Assembly (NCBI GenBank): GCA_036568845.1 | Contig: DATCRS010000558.1 | Location: 1-53,468 of the forward strand | Source of the DNA: Devosia sp. | Lineage (GTDB): Bacteria > Pseudomonadota > Alphaproteobacteria > Rhizobiales > Devosiaceae | DNA: 53,468 nt | Direction of reading: 5' to 3' | Shown: positions 20,199-29,670 of the stretch, in pieces | Layout of the letters: every line of letters starts with the position of its first letter | Numbering within the stretch: the first letter of the stretch is position 1 | Position numbers and translations under genes: made by a program | Notes under the pieces: generated by a model | Databases searched by the model: none | What the model was told of the DNA's origin: nothing | The model's input: the letters and a program-made list of their open reading frames with translations, nothing else

Positions 20199-20798
20199 AT
20201 GTTTCGCGAAATGACAGAGGGGTCGGAATTTTCGGGGGCCATGGCCGCGTTCCTTGACCAATCGGCACTGGCGGACGAGCCGGCGCCCGACTCGAGCCTG
20301 GCGCTGCTGGCGGCGCGCGGGGACCGCGCCGCATTCGGCCAACTCATTGAGCGGCATTACGAATACATCTTCCGCATCGCCTGCAAATGGAGCGGCAAGC
20401 GGTCCGATGCCGAGGACATTGCGCAGGACGTCTGCATCAAGCTCGCCACTGCCATACGAAGTTTTGACGGCCGTGCCGCCTTTACCAGCTGGCTCTACAA
20501 GGTCACCCTCAATGCCGTCCGCGACATGCAGCGGGCACGCTCGCGCCGCGGCAAAAATATCGACCGCTATGCCGTGGTGGCGCCGGACGAGGAATTGCCG
20601 GACCAGGAAGACTCGACCGCAATGAAGGAAATCTGGGCGGCGGTCCGGCAGTTGCCCGAGCAGCAGCGCGACGCCGTGCTCCTCGTCTATGCCGAGGACA
20701 TGAGCCATGCCCAGGCGGGGGAGATCATGGGGTGCGAGGAAACCACGGTTTCCTGGCACATACACGAAGCGAAAAAGACCCTGCGAGGTCTGCTATGA
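20199..20798 (+). CDS. ECF (sigma70 group 4) RNA polymerase sigma factor
   Basis: Region 2 DAEDIAQDV..F..WLYKV, region 4 LPEQQRDAVLLVY..MSHAQAGEIMG..TVSW; start 20199 (possibly leaderless) or 20241. Confidence 0.92.
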   Translation: MFREMTEGSEFSGAMAAFLDQSALADEPAPDSSLALLAARGDRAAFGQLIERHYEYIFRIACKWSGKRSDAEDIAQDVCIKLATAIRSFDGRAAFTSWLYKVTLNAVRDMQRARSRRGKNIDRYAVVAPDEELPDQEDSTAMKEIWAAVRQLPEQQRDAVLLVYAEDMSHAQAGEIMGCEETTVSWHIHEAKKTLRGLL

Positions 20799-22927
20799 GC
20801 CACGACGACTTCGACAACAAGCTCAGCGGGCTCAGCAACGCCCGGCTGCCCGCCCCCTCGGAGGCGGCCCGTCGTCGCGCGCTCGATGCCGCCATGCTGG
20901 CCTTCGACGAGGCCGAGGCGAAAAAAACTTCCGAGGTCGCCCAAGGAGAAGGTTTCTGGTCGCGTCTCAGGTCCATCGTTCCAAACAGGAGTTGGATCAT
21001 GGACACGCGTATCACCCTCGGGCTGGGCACTGCCGCAGTGGCGCTTCTGCTACTGCCGCTGGGGTACCAGCTCTATACGTCCACCGCGATCACGCCGCTC
21101 AGCACCGGTCCCGTCGTCGATCACCCCGTCGAGGCCGAAACGCGGCAGCAAGAGCCCGCTCCCGGGCTCGAAGCCCAGCAGAACATCGCCACCGAACAGC
21201 GCCTGCGCGATGAGGCCGATGGCTGGGTCGTGACGCTCACCGAAGACGTCAACGGTACCAACACACAGCAGCCACCCGTTGTGACAATGGAGCTGCCCAA
21301 GCCGGCAGCCGCACCGCAGCAGCAAGCCGATCTCGACAGGGAGGCCGGCGTAATGGCGCAGAAGTCAGTCGCCCCTAGCTCGACCGCGATCGGCCGCACG
21401 ACCGCCGTTCCGATGGCCGCCGAGTCCGCAGCTGGCGCGATGGCCCCCGGCGACGCGCTGGTCATGCCGGCACCCGAGCCGATGATGGTGGCGCCGACCG
21501 AGCCATCCGGCGATGTCTTCACCGAGTTCAAGGAAAGCCCGGTGAAGATCGTCAAGGAAGAGCCGGTCTCGACCTTCTCGATCGACGTCGACACCGCCTC
21601 CTATTCTTATGTCCGGCGCGCCCTCACCGAGGGTTGGATGCCCGAGCCCGATGCCGTGCGCATCGAGGAGATGATCAACTACTTCAACTACGACTATGCC
21701 GGTCCGGACTCTGCCGAGACGCCGTTCAAGGCAACGATGCAGATCTATCCGACGCCTTGGAACCCTAAGACGCAACTCCTTCAGATCGGCATCAAGGGCT
21801 ACGTGCCGCCGGTGACGGAAGACAAGGCGTCCAACCTCGTCTTCCTGCTCGACACCTCGGGCTCGATGGACGAGCCGGACAAGCTGCCGCTCCTCAAACG
21901 CGCCTTCGGCCTGCTCGTCGACCAACTTGGCGCCAACGACACAGTGTCGATCGTCGCCTATGCGGGTTCCGCCGGCGTCGTGCTCGAACCCACCAAGGCG
22001 AGCGACAAGGCTAAGATCCTCACCGCACTCGAGAACCTCGCGGCTGGCGGTTCCACGGCCGGCGCCGAGGGGATCGAACTCGCCTATCGCCTCGCTGAAC
22101 AGAATAAGGTCGCAGGCGGCATCAACCGCGTGATCCTCGCGACGGACGGCGACTTCAATGTCGGCATCGACGATCCCGAGGATTTGAAGACCTTCATCAA
22201 GGGCAAGCGCGACGAGGGCGTGTTCCTCTCGGTGCTCGGCTTCGGCCAGGGCAACCTTGGCGACGACACGATGCAGGCGCTGGCGCAGAACGGCAACGGC
22301 AACGCCAGCTACATCGACAGCTTCAAGGAAGCCCAGAAAGTGCTGGTCCAGGAGATGGGCGGCACGCTCGAAACCATCGCCAAGGACGTGAAGATCCAGG
22401 TCGAATTCAATCCAGCCGCCGTCGCTGAATACCGCCTGGTCGGCTACGAGACCCGTGCGCTCAACCGCGAGGACTTCAACAACGATAAGGTCGATGCCGG
22501 CGACATCGGCGCCGGCCACACAGTGACCGCGATCTATGAGATCACGCCGGTCGGCTCCGGCGCCGAGCTCAACGACCCGCTGCGTTATGGCACCGATACG
22601 CCGGCAGCCGCGGTGCTGCCGAGCGACGAGATCGGGTTCTTGAAGATGCGCTACAAGGCGCCAGAGGGGGCGACTTCGCAGCTCATCGAAACTCCGATTA
22701 CGAAGTCGCTTGCAGTCTCGACCATCGAGCAGGCCTCCGACGACGCTCGCTGGGCGGCCGCCGTTGCCGCTTTCGGGCAGAAGCTCAAGGGCTCGAACTA
22801 CGGCGAAATGAGCTACGCGGACATCAAGGCCCTCGCCCAGGGTGCGCGTGGCACCGACGAGAACGGCTATCGCGCCGAGTTCATGCAGCTCATCAACTCG
22901 GCCGAGATCATCGACACGCGCAATTAG
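20795..22927 (+). CDS. Membrane-anchored vWA/DUF3520 (YfbK-like) protein with a putative N-terminal anti-sigma segment
   Basis: ATGA overlap with the sigma stop; ~70-aa soluble N-terminus, TM LGLGTAAVALLLLPLGYQLY, FSIDVDTASY, MIDAS DTSGS, ILATDGDFNVG, EYRLVGYE.R. Confidence 0.9.
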   Translation: MSHDDFDNKLSGLSNARLPAPSEAARRRALDAAMLAFDEAEAKKTSEVAQGEGFWSRLRSIVPNRSWIMDTRITLGLGTAAVALLLLPLGYQLYTSTAITPLSTGPVVDHPVEAETRQQEPAPGLEAQQNIATEQRLRDEADGWVVTLTEDVNGTNTQQPPVVTMELPKPAAAPQQQADLDREAGVMAQKSVAPSSTAIGRTTAVPMAAESAAGAMAPGDALVMPAPEPMMVAPTEPSGDVFTEFKESPVKIVKEEPVSTFSIDVDTASYSYVRRALTEGWMPEPDAVRIEEMINYFNYDYAGPDSAETPFKATMQIYPTPWNPKTQLLQIGIKGYVPPVTEDKASNLVFLLDTSGSMDEPDKLPLLKRAFGLLVDQLGANDTVSIVAYAGSAGVVLEPTKASDKAKILTALENLAAGGSTAGAEGIELAYRLAEQNKVAGGINRVILATDGDFNVGIDDPEDLKTFIKGKRDEGVFLSVLGFGQGNLGDDTMQALAQNGNGNASYIDSFKEAQKVLVQEMGGTLETIAKDVKIQVEFNPAAVAEYRLVGYETRALNREDFNNDKVDAGDIGAGHTVTAIYEITPVGSGAELNDPLRYGTDTPAAAVLPSDEIGFLKMRYKAPEGATSQLIETPITKSLAVSTIEQASDDARWAAAVAAFGQKLKGSNYGEMSYADIKALAQGARGTDENGYRAEFMQLINSAEIIDTRN
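20940..21001 (+). promoter_or_regulatory. Intragenic ECF-like promoter with SD and in-frame ATG
   Basis: CCCAAG-N17-CGTCTCA at 20940-20969, A-tract 20921-20927, SD AGGAG 20987-20991, ATG 20999 (codon 69 of the vWA gene). Confidence 0.6.
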
Positions 22928-23078
22928 CGCCTCCGGATAGGAGGCGCCGCACAACCCGCCCCCCGCAGGCGTCCTCCTTGGGCGCGGGCCCGTCGTCACG
23001 GGTCCGCGCTCCCGTGTTGTTCACGGCCGTGTGTTGCCCACCGGGCAACTGCTTTGCATCCGGTATCGTTCGGCTCGG

Positions 23079-24212
23079 ATGCATAAAGCTGTCGACAGCG
23101 CTGAGAAGACCACCGGCAGGCTGCTCGGCGTCGATGTGGCGCGGGCCCTGGCCCTCATCGGCATGCTGATGGTCCATTTCGGTCCAAAGGGCGAAACCGA
23201 CTTGCTCGGTCGCCTCTACGCCCTGCCACATGGGCGCGCATCCATCCTTTTCGTCCTCGTCGCCGGCATAGGCGTTTCACTGCTGGGGGCGAGGCCAGAG
23301 ACACGCAGCGATGCCAGGCTGCGGCTCTTCTGCTTTGCGCTTTTCCTTTCGCCGCTGGGCCTCGCGCTCGAAGTTCTTGACCATCCGGTGGCCGTGATCC
23401 TGCATCACTATGCGGTCTTCTACGTCCTCGGCATCGCCGCCATGGGACTCCCCACCCGGGTTCTCGGCTGGGTGGCCGGCGTGACGAGCATGGCTGGTCC
23501 GCTGGCCTTCTACGCCGGACTGATGATTGCGCCGAAGCTCTTTGCTCGCGAGAGCGCCGAACTCGGTGACTCACTGGTTTCCATCTTCTCCGCCCTTCTC
23601 TTCACCGGCCCCTATCCGCTGATCGTCTGGAGTGCGCCGCTGCTGTGGGGGATGTGGATCGGACGGCAGAATCTTCGCGATCCGCATGTCCGGCGTCGGA
23701 TGATCTGGGTCGGCGCCCTGGTTGCAATCGTGGCGATCGCCGCATCGGAGATGCTGTTCGGCTTTTTTGGCGAGCCGGCAGGCAACACGGACTGGCGCTT
23801 CGTTTTCGCACATACCGCGCACAGCGAGATGCCGCTCTGGCTCATCGGCGGCACCGGCGCCGCCATCTTTGCGTTCGGACTCATCATGGAGGTTTCAGCG
23901 CGTTGGACGAGGCTCATTGGGCTGCTCGCCATGCTGGGCCAGATGGCGCTCACCGTCTATGTCGCGCAAGTGTTGTTGCTAACGGCTGCAGGACCGCAGC
24001 TACGGCAGGATGAGGCTCTCGCTGCTACCATCGTGGTTGGTCTACTCACCATGGTTGCCACTGTCTTTGCCGTGATCTGGCGGCGTTATCAGCGACGCGG
24101 CCCGGTCGAGCGCCTCATGCATGCGGTTTGGGAAGCGGCCGATGCGATCTGGCCCGCCCGCCCGCTACCCGCGAGGCGAGACCTCGACCGGACACGCGGT
24201 CGCGTAGCCTGA
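23079..24212 (+). CDS. DUF418/DUF1624-type multi-pass membrane protein (acyltransferase-like)
   Basis: RLLGVDVARALALIGMLMVH, GRASILF, IL.HYA, LGQMALTVY, RRGPVE. Confidence 0.8.
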   Translation: MHKAVDSAEKTTGRLLGVDVARALALIGMLMVHFGPKGETDLLGRLYALPHGRASILFVLVAGIGVSLLGARPETRSDARLRLFCFALFLSPLGLALEVLDHPVAVILHHYAVFYVLGIAAMGLPTRVLGWVAGVTSMAGPLAFYAGLMIAPKLFARESAELGDSLVSIFSALLFTGPYPLIVWSAPLLWGMWIGRQNLRDPHVRRRMIWVGALVAIVAIAASEMLFGFFGEPAGNTDWRFVFAHTAHSEMPLWLIGGTGAAIFAFGLIMEVSARWTRLIGLLAMLGQMALTVYVAQVLLLTAAGPQLRQDEALAATIVVGLLTMVATVFAVIWRRYQRRGPVERLMHAVWEAADAIWPARPLPARRDLDRTRGRVA

Positions 24213-24289
24213 CATTCAATCCCAACACCTGCGCAACCTCCGAGTGGAGACAATCATTGCGATAGTGATGGGCAGAATAGGAGACGACC

Positions 24290-24973
24290 GTGCGTATGGT
24301 CTCAGAGCCAGCGGTCCGCAGTGGCCGGCAGGTGAAGCAAGAACGCCAACCCGAGGTGCTGGAAGAGATCAAGTCACTCGCCGATGCCCGGGCGGCGGTA
24401 CAGGGCTGTACCCGCTGTCCGCTCTACAAGTTCGCCACCCAGGCGGTTTTCGGGCAGGGGCCCGCCCATGCCGAGGTGATGTTCGTCGGCGAACAGCCGG
24501 GCGACCAGGAAGACCTGCAGGGGAAGCCGTTCGTTGGACCGGCCGGCCAGGTGTTCGACCGCGCGATGGAGAAGATCGGCTGGGACCGCCGCAAGGTCTA
24601 CGTCACCAACGCCGTCAAGCATTTCAAGTTCGTACCGCGCGGCAAGCGCCGCATCCATCAGCGGCCGGATGCCGGCGAGATCCAGGCCTGCCGCTTCTGG
24701 CTCAATCTGGAGCGCGAGTTCGTGGCGCCGAAGGTCATCGTAGCCATGGGTGCGACAGCGGTTCGCGGCGTGCTGGGCAAAGTGGCGACGATATCGTCGC
24801 TACGCGGGCATCCTACGGAACTTGAAGACGGCACGCTGGTCCTCGCGACCGTGCATCCATCGTACCTGCTCCGCATGCGGGACCGCGGGGCGGCGGCCTT
24901 GGAGCGGAAGCGGTTCGAGGATGACCTGAAGCTGGCCGCCAGGCTCGCCGAAACGCCGAAGCGACCTCACTGA
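24290..24973 (+). CDS. udgX: UdgX-type uracil-DNA binding protein (family 4 UDG-like, Fe-S)
   Basis: CTRCPL, VGEQPGDQED, PFVGPAG, TNAVKHFKF..RGKRRIH (UdgX R-loop), ACRFWL, TVHPS. Confidence 0.88.
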   Translation: MRMVSEPAVRSGRQVKQERQPEVLEEIKSLADARAAVQGCTRCPLYKFATQAVFGQGPAHAEVMFVGEQPGDQEDLQGKPFVGPAGQVFDRAMEKIGWDRRKVYVTNAVKHFKFVPRGKRRIHQRPDAGEIQACRFWLNLEREFVAPKVIVAMGATAVRGVLGKVATISSLRGHPTELEDGTLVLATVHPSYLLRMRDRGAAALERKRFEDDLKLAARLAETPKRPH

Positions 24974-24995
24974 TCGGTGCTGAAGCAAGTCCGTG

Positions 24996-25430
24996 TCAGG
25001 CGGCGGGTGGCCGGCTCGCGTCGTCCAGTACGTCGAGAAGCTCCTTGGAGTGCAGGACGTGCCGCCGCACCCCGTCGAAGAATCCGCGCAGCAGGTAGCC
25101 CAGAGCTTCCGGGGCCAGGCTGGGTTGTCCGCCCGCGAGGAGCAGTAACTCCTGCTGCACTTCTTCGGCCGAGCATAGGTCAGCGACCTGCTGCAGGCGC
25201 AGCTTCTCGATGAGGTCCTGATGGCCATGGCGAGACTTGGCTAGCACCTGCGGAAACAGCAGCTTCTCCTCGGCCGCCTGCACCGCCTCCATAGTCTCCG
25301 GCAGGGTTTTCGCAACCGACCTGCAGGCCTGCGGGTCGACCCGATCCGGCAAAGAGTCGGCAATCCTCTCGAGCTCGTTGCAGAGCGCGACCTGGCGGTC
25401 ATAGGCATCCTGCAGAATGGGGATCTGCAT
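24996..25430 (-). CDS. Hemerythrin-like (HHE) protein with apparently degenerate metal ligands
   Basis: LC.ELERIADSLP, EE.LLFP, PEALGYLLRGFF..RRH typical of fix-associated hemerythrin-domain proteins; SD GAGGAG before ATG 25430. Confidence 0.75.
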   Translation of the reverse strand: MQIPILQDAYDRQVALCNELERIADSLPDRVDPQACRSVAKTLPETMEAVQAAEEKLLFPQVLAKSRHGHQDLIEKLRLQQVADLCSAEEVQQELLLLAGGQPSLAPEALGYLLRGFFDGVRRHVLHSKELLDVLDDASRPPAA

Positions 25431-25482
25431 GCGACTTCTCCTCGGCATGCAGCACCATCGGGCAAGTCAGGGCGACCGCTCG

Positions 25483-25532
25483 TTGATGTGGATCAATGAG
25501 GGAGCGTTCTGGGAGACATTGATCCCGGTCAA
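25483..25532. promoter_or_regulatory. Two FNR/FixK boxes in the divergent hemerythrin/hemN promoter
   Basis: TTGAT-GTGG-ATCAA at 25483-25496 and TTGAT-CCCG-GTCAA at 25519-25532. Confidence 0.88.
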
Positions 25533-25577
25533 GGTCAGAACGCCGACATGACGGCAGATGGGGGCAGGAGACCGTCA

Positions 25578-26927
25578 ATGACAGCGAACCTCGTCGACCG
25601 CTACGCCAGGCCCGTGCCGCGCTACACCAGCTACCCCACTGCGCCGCAGTTCGGGCCAGAGGTGAACGGCGCGACGTATGAAAGCTGGCTGCGGGATGTC
25701 GAACCTGGGTCCACCCTCTCGCTCTATCTCCACATACCATTCTGCGACCGGCTGTGCTGGTTCTGCGGCTGTCACACCAAGCAGGTGCTTCGATACGATC
25801 CGATCGCGGCCTATCTCGGCTCGCTCCATCGGGAGATCGAACTGGTGTCGTCGCATCTTGGTGATCGGGCAACGGTCACGGCCATCCATCTGGGTGGCGG
25901 CTCCCCGTCCATGCTGGCCCCGGACGACATGGCCAGTCTGGGGGGGCTCCTGCGCCGGCGCTTCAACGTGTCGCCGAGTGCGGAGATCAGCATCGAGATC
26001 GATCCCAACGACATGAACGACGGCCGCTACGACGGCATGGCGGCGCTCGGTGTCACCCGCGCCAGCATCGGGGTGCAGGATTTCGATCATCAGGTGCAGG
26101 TCGCCATCAACCGCACCCAGACCTTCGAGCAGACGGCTGCTGTTGTCCAAAGGATGCGCGCCGACGGCGTCAGGTCCGTCAATCTGGACGTGCTATACGG
26201 GCTGCCGCACCAGACGATCGACAAGCTCAGTGCCACGATCGAGCAGGCGCTCAGCCTCGAGCCCGACCGGCTGGCGCTCTTCGGCTATGCGCATGTGCCT
26301 TGGATGAAAACGCATCAGCGCATGATCGATGAGACCGCGCTTCCCGGTACGCAAAGGAGGTTCGAGCAGGCTCGGTCGGCCGCGGCGACGATCGTGGCAG
26401 CCGGGTACATGCCGATCGGCATCGACCATTTTGCCAAACCCTCCGACAGCCTGGCGCGAGCTGCCCGCTCCGGTCGGCTACACCGCAACTTCCAGGGCTA
26501 CACAACCGACGACGCGGTATCGCTGATCGGACTGGGGGCGTCTTCGATCGGGCAACTCCTGCAGGGCTACGTGCAGAACATCACCCCTACAGGTGAGTAT
26601 CGAAAGGCTGTTGATCAGGGGATCCTGCCCACAGCCCGCGGGATCGCTCTTACGACCGAAGACAAGGCGCGAGCCTTCGTTATCGAGCGGCTGATGTGCG
26701 ACTTTGCGGTTTCTCTGCCGGTGATCTCCGAGCGCTTCCCCGAGCATGCTGCCGCCATCATTGAAGAGATGCGGACGGCGGTATCTGTCGACCAGGACGG
26801 AATCGTCGAGCTGCAGAACGACGTATTCGCGCTGACGCCGACAGGCAGGCCATTCGTGCGATCGGTCGCAGCGGGTTTCGACACCTATCTGCAGCGCGGC
26901 GAGGTGCGTTACAGCATCGCCGTCTAG
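25578..26927 (+). CDS. hemN: Oxygen-independent coproporphyrinogen III oxidase HemN
   Basis: PRYTSYPTA, radical SAM CDRLCWFC, HLGGGSP, YAHVPW, LHRNFQGY; SD AGGAG before ATG 25578. Confidence 0.96.
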   Translation: MTANLVDRYARPVPRYTSYPTAPQFGPEVNGATYESWLRDVEPGSTLSLYLHIPFCDRLCWFCGCHTKQVLRYDPIAAYLGSLHREIELVSSHLGDRATVTAIHLGGGSPSMLAPDDMASLGGLLRRRFNVSPSAEISIEIDPNDMNDGRYDGMAALGVTRASIGVQDFDHQVQVAINRTQTFEQTAAVVQRMRADGVRSVNLDVLYGLPHQTIDKLSATIEQALSLEPDRLALFGYAHVPWMKTHQRMIDETALPGTQRRFEQARSAAATIVAAGYMPIGIDHFAKPSDSLARAARSGRLHRNFQGYTTDDAVSLIGLGASSIGQLLQGYVQNITPTGEYRKAVDQGILPTARGIALTTEDKARAFVIERLMCDFAVSLPVISERFPEHAAAIIEEMRTAVSVDQDGIVELQNDVFALTPTGRPFVRSVAAGFDTYLQRGEVRYSIAV

Positions 26928-27054
26928 CCGCGGGCTGCCCAGCCAAATAGCCAACCCGTTCGCCAGCTGGCCGACGGGTTGCTTGTACTTGCCACCGCGG
27001 GCCAGCATCTGCGGCCTCTGCTCCGGAGGAGAACCGCGACCGGCCCCCTGGAGA

Positions 27055-27068
27055 TTGATCTGGATCAA
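27055..27068. promoter_or_regulatory. FNR/FixK box upstream of ccoN
   Basis: TTGAT-CTGG-ATCAA, perfect consensus. Confidence 0.9.
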
Positions 27069-27128
27069 CGCGCGCGAGCGGGCCTTCCGCAAAGCATGCC
27101 CACGTATCGATCTGGCGCGGGGGCCAAC

Positions 27129-28736
27129 TTGCGACATCTCAACTGGTTCATCATTCTAGTAGCGGGAGCGTTCTTGACGTTTGCTCTCTCTGCACTCGGG
27201 CAAGATGCCCCCTTCCGCACGCATATGGGTCTGCTGACTATCGTGCTCGGACTCGGGGCAATTGTTGTCGCACGGCTGCCCCAGCGGCCTGCCGCTCTCG
27301 CAGGTGACGGGGATAGCGTCTACTTCGACGCGCCGATCCGCGTCGGTTCGATTCTTACCCTGTTCTGGGGCTGTGTCGGCTTTCTGGTCGGGGTCGTGAT
27401 CGCATTACAGCTCGCCTGGCCGGAGCTCAATTTCGGGCCGTGGTTCAACTTTGGCCGGATGCGGCCACTGCATACGTCGGCAGTCGTCTTCGCGTTCGGC
27501 GGCACTGCGTTGATCACGACGAGCTTCTATGTCGTGCAGCGCACGTCCAAGGCCCGGCTGCTCAGCGAGGGCCTCGCCTGGTTCGTCTTTTGGGGCTACC
27601 AGCTGTTCATCGTCATGGCGGCGACGGGCTACCTGCTGGGCATCACGCAAAGCCGCGAATATGCCGAGCCTGAGTGGTACACGGACCTCTGGCTGACCAT
27701 CGTCTGGGTCGGATACCTGGTGCTGTTCCTGGGCACGATCCTGAAGCGGAAGGAGCCACATATCTATGTGGCGAACTGGTTCTACCTCGCCTTCATCGTG
27801 ACCATCGCACTGCTGCACGTGGTCAATAATCTCTCGATGCCGGTGAGCTTCCTCGGCGCCAAGAGCTACTCGCTCTTTTCGGGCGTGCAGGACGCGCTGA
27901 CGCAATGGTGGTACGGCCACAACGCCGTGGGCTTCTTCCTCACTGCCGGCTTCCTGGGCATGATGTACTACTACATGCCCAAGCAGGCCGAGCGGCCGGT
28001 CTACAGCTATCGCCTCTCCATCATCCACTTCTGGGCCCTGATCTTCCTCTATATCTGGGCCGGCCCGCACCACCTGCACTACACGGCGCTGCCCGACTGG
28101 GCGCAGACGCTGGGCATGGTGTTCTCGATCATGCTCTGGATGCCTAGCTGGGGCGGTATGATCAACGGTCTCATGACCTTGCGCGGTGCCTGGGACAAGG
28201 TTCGCACCGATCCGATCATCCGCATGATGGTGATTGCCGTCGCCTTCTACGGCATGTCGACCTTCGAAGGCCCGGTGATGTCGATCAAGTCGGTGAACGG
28301 GCTCAGCCACTACACCGACTGGACTATCGGCCACGTGCACTCGGGTGCGCTGGGCTGGGTCGGCATGATTTCGTTTGCTGCGGTCTACTTCATGGTGCCG
28401 CGTCTGTGGGGACGCAAGCAGCTCTACTCGCCACGCATGGTGAACTGGCACTTCTGGCTCGCAACGGTCGGCATCGTGATCTACGCCGCCGTCATGTGGG
28501 TCAGCGGCATCACCCAGGGCCTGATGTGGCGCGAGTATGACGATCAGGGCTTCCTGGTCTACTCGTTCGCCGAAACCGTCGCGGCGCTCCACCCCTACTA
28601 CATCGCACGTGCCTTCGGCGGCGCCCTCTACCTCACGGGTGGACTGGTGATGGCCTACAACATCTGGATGACCATTCGCGGCAAGGTTCGCGATGAGCGT
28701 CCGATGGTCACCGCCGTGCTGCAGCCGGCCGAATAG
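27129..28736 (+). CDS. ccoN: cbb3-type cytochrome c oxidase subunit I (FixN)
   Basis: [37 protein letters not shown]; TTG 27129 chosen because upstream starts precede the start site expected ~41 bp after the FNR box. Confidence 0.95.
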   Translation: MRHLNWFIILVAGAFLTFALSALGQDAPFRTHMGLLTIVLGLGAIVVARLPQRPAALAGDGDSVYFDAPIRVGSILTLFWGCVGFLVGVVIALQLAWPELNFGPWFNFGRMRPLHTSAVVFAFGGTALITTSFYVVQRTSKARLLSEGLAWFVFWGYQLFIVMAATGYLLGITQSREYAEPEWYTDLWLTIVWVGYLVLFLGTILKRKEPHIYVANWFYLAFIVTIALLHVVNNLSMPVSFLGAKSYSLFSGVQDALTQWWYGHNAVGFFLTAGFLGMMYYYMPKQAERPVYSYRLSIIHFWALIFLYIWAGPHHLHYTALPDWAQTLGMVFSIMLWMPSWGGMINGLMTLRGAWDKVRTDPIIRMMVIAVAFYGMSTFEGPVMSIKSVNGLSHYTDWTIGHVHSGALGWVGMISFAAVYFMVPRLWGRKQLYSPRMVNWHFWLATVGIVIYAAVMWVSGITQGLMWREYDDQGFLVYSFAETVAALHPYYIARAFGGALYLTGGLVMAYNIWMTIRGKVRDERPMVTAVLQPAE

Positions 28737-28748
28737 GAGAGAGCACTC

Positions 28749-29480
28749 ATGGGCATTCTGGATAAACACGGCGTCATCGAACGCAACGCCACCCTGCTGC
28801 TGACGCTCTCCCTGGTCGTCGTCTGCATTGGCGGCATCGTCGAGGTGGCGCCGCTCTTCTACCTCCAGAACACCATCGAGAAGGTGGAGGGCATGCGGCC
28901 CTACACCCCTCTCGAGCTGGCGGGACGCGACATCTACGTGCGGGAGGGCTGCTATGTCTGCCATAGCCAGATGATCCGCCCGTTCCGCGACGAGGTCGAA
29001 CGTTACGGGCACTACTCGCTGGCGGCGGAGTCCATGTACGACCATCCGTTCCAGTGGGGCTCGAAGCGCAGCGGGCCGGACCTCGCCCGCGTCGGGGGAC
29101 GGTACTCCGACGAATGGCATGTCGAGCATCTCACCAACCCGCAGTCGCTGGTGCCGGAATCGATCATGCCGCGCTACGGCTTCCTGTCCCAGACCGTACT
29201 CGACACCGGCAACATTGCCAGCAACCTCAAGGCCAATGCCACGGTGGGTGTTCCCTATAGTCCAGACGCCATCACCCACGCTCAGGCCGACCTCGTGGCG
29301 CAGGCGACCCCGGATGCCGACACCTCCGGTCTACTCGAACGCTACGCAAACGTTCGCACCGAGGACTTCGACGGTGACCCGAGCCGGATCACCGAAATGG
29401 ATGCGCTCGTCGCCTATCTGCAGATGCTTGGCACGCTGGTCGACTTTTCGACCTACGACGCCAAGGCGAACTACCGCTGA
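28749..29480 (+). CDS. ccoO: cbb3 oxidase subunit II (FixO)
   Basis: [30 protein letters not shown]. Confidence 0.97.
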   Translation: MGILDKHGVIERNATLLLTLSLVVVCIGGIVEVAPLFYLQNTIEKVEGMRPYTPLELAGRDIYVREGCYVCHSQMIRPFRDEVERYGHYSLAAESMYDHPFQWGSKRSGPDLARVGGRYSDEWHVEHLTNPQSLVPESIMPRYGFLSQTVLDTGNIASNLKANATVGVPYSPDAITHAQADLVAQATPDADTSGLLERYANVRTEDFDGDPSRITEMDALVAYLQMLGTLVDFSTYDAKANYR

Positions 29481-29490
29481 GGAGTCCTGA

Positions 29491-29670
29491 ATGGAGACCG
29501 TCCACTACGACATGCTCCGGCACTTCGCTGATAGCTGGGGCCTTCTCTACATGATGGCGATCTTCCTCACCGTCGTCTTCATGATCGTGCGGCCCGGCGC
29601 CCGTGCAAGTGCGGAAGCCGCTGCCCGTATTCCGCTCGAGGACAACGAACCCCGGAGCGACCGGAAATGA
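29491..29670 (+). CDS. ccoQ: cbb3 oxidase subunit IV (FixQ), 59 aa
   Basis: Hand translation METVHYDMLRHFADSWGLLYMMAIFLTVVFMIVRPG..AARIPLED; ATGA overlap with ccoP. Confidence 0.9.
   Translation: METVHYDMLRHFADSWGLLYMMAIFLTVVFMIVRPGARASAEAAARIPLEDNEPRSDRK

Noticed and set aside
22949-22976. Possible third copy of the ECF promoter (CACAAC..CGTCCT)
   Set aside because: The spacing is 14 rather than 17 and both elements mismatch.
26979-27128. N-terminal extension of ccoN in the ORF track (similar extensions for both ABC permeases, the binding protein and LacI)
   Set aside because: The extensions overlap promoters or neighbouring genes; downstream starts with better SD context fit family lengths.
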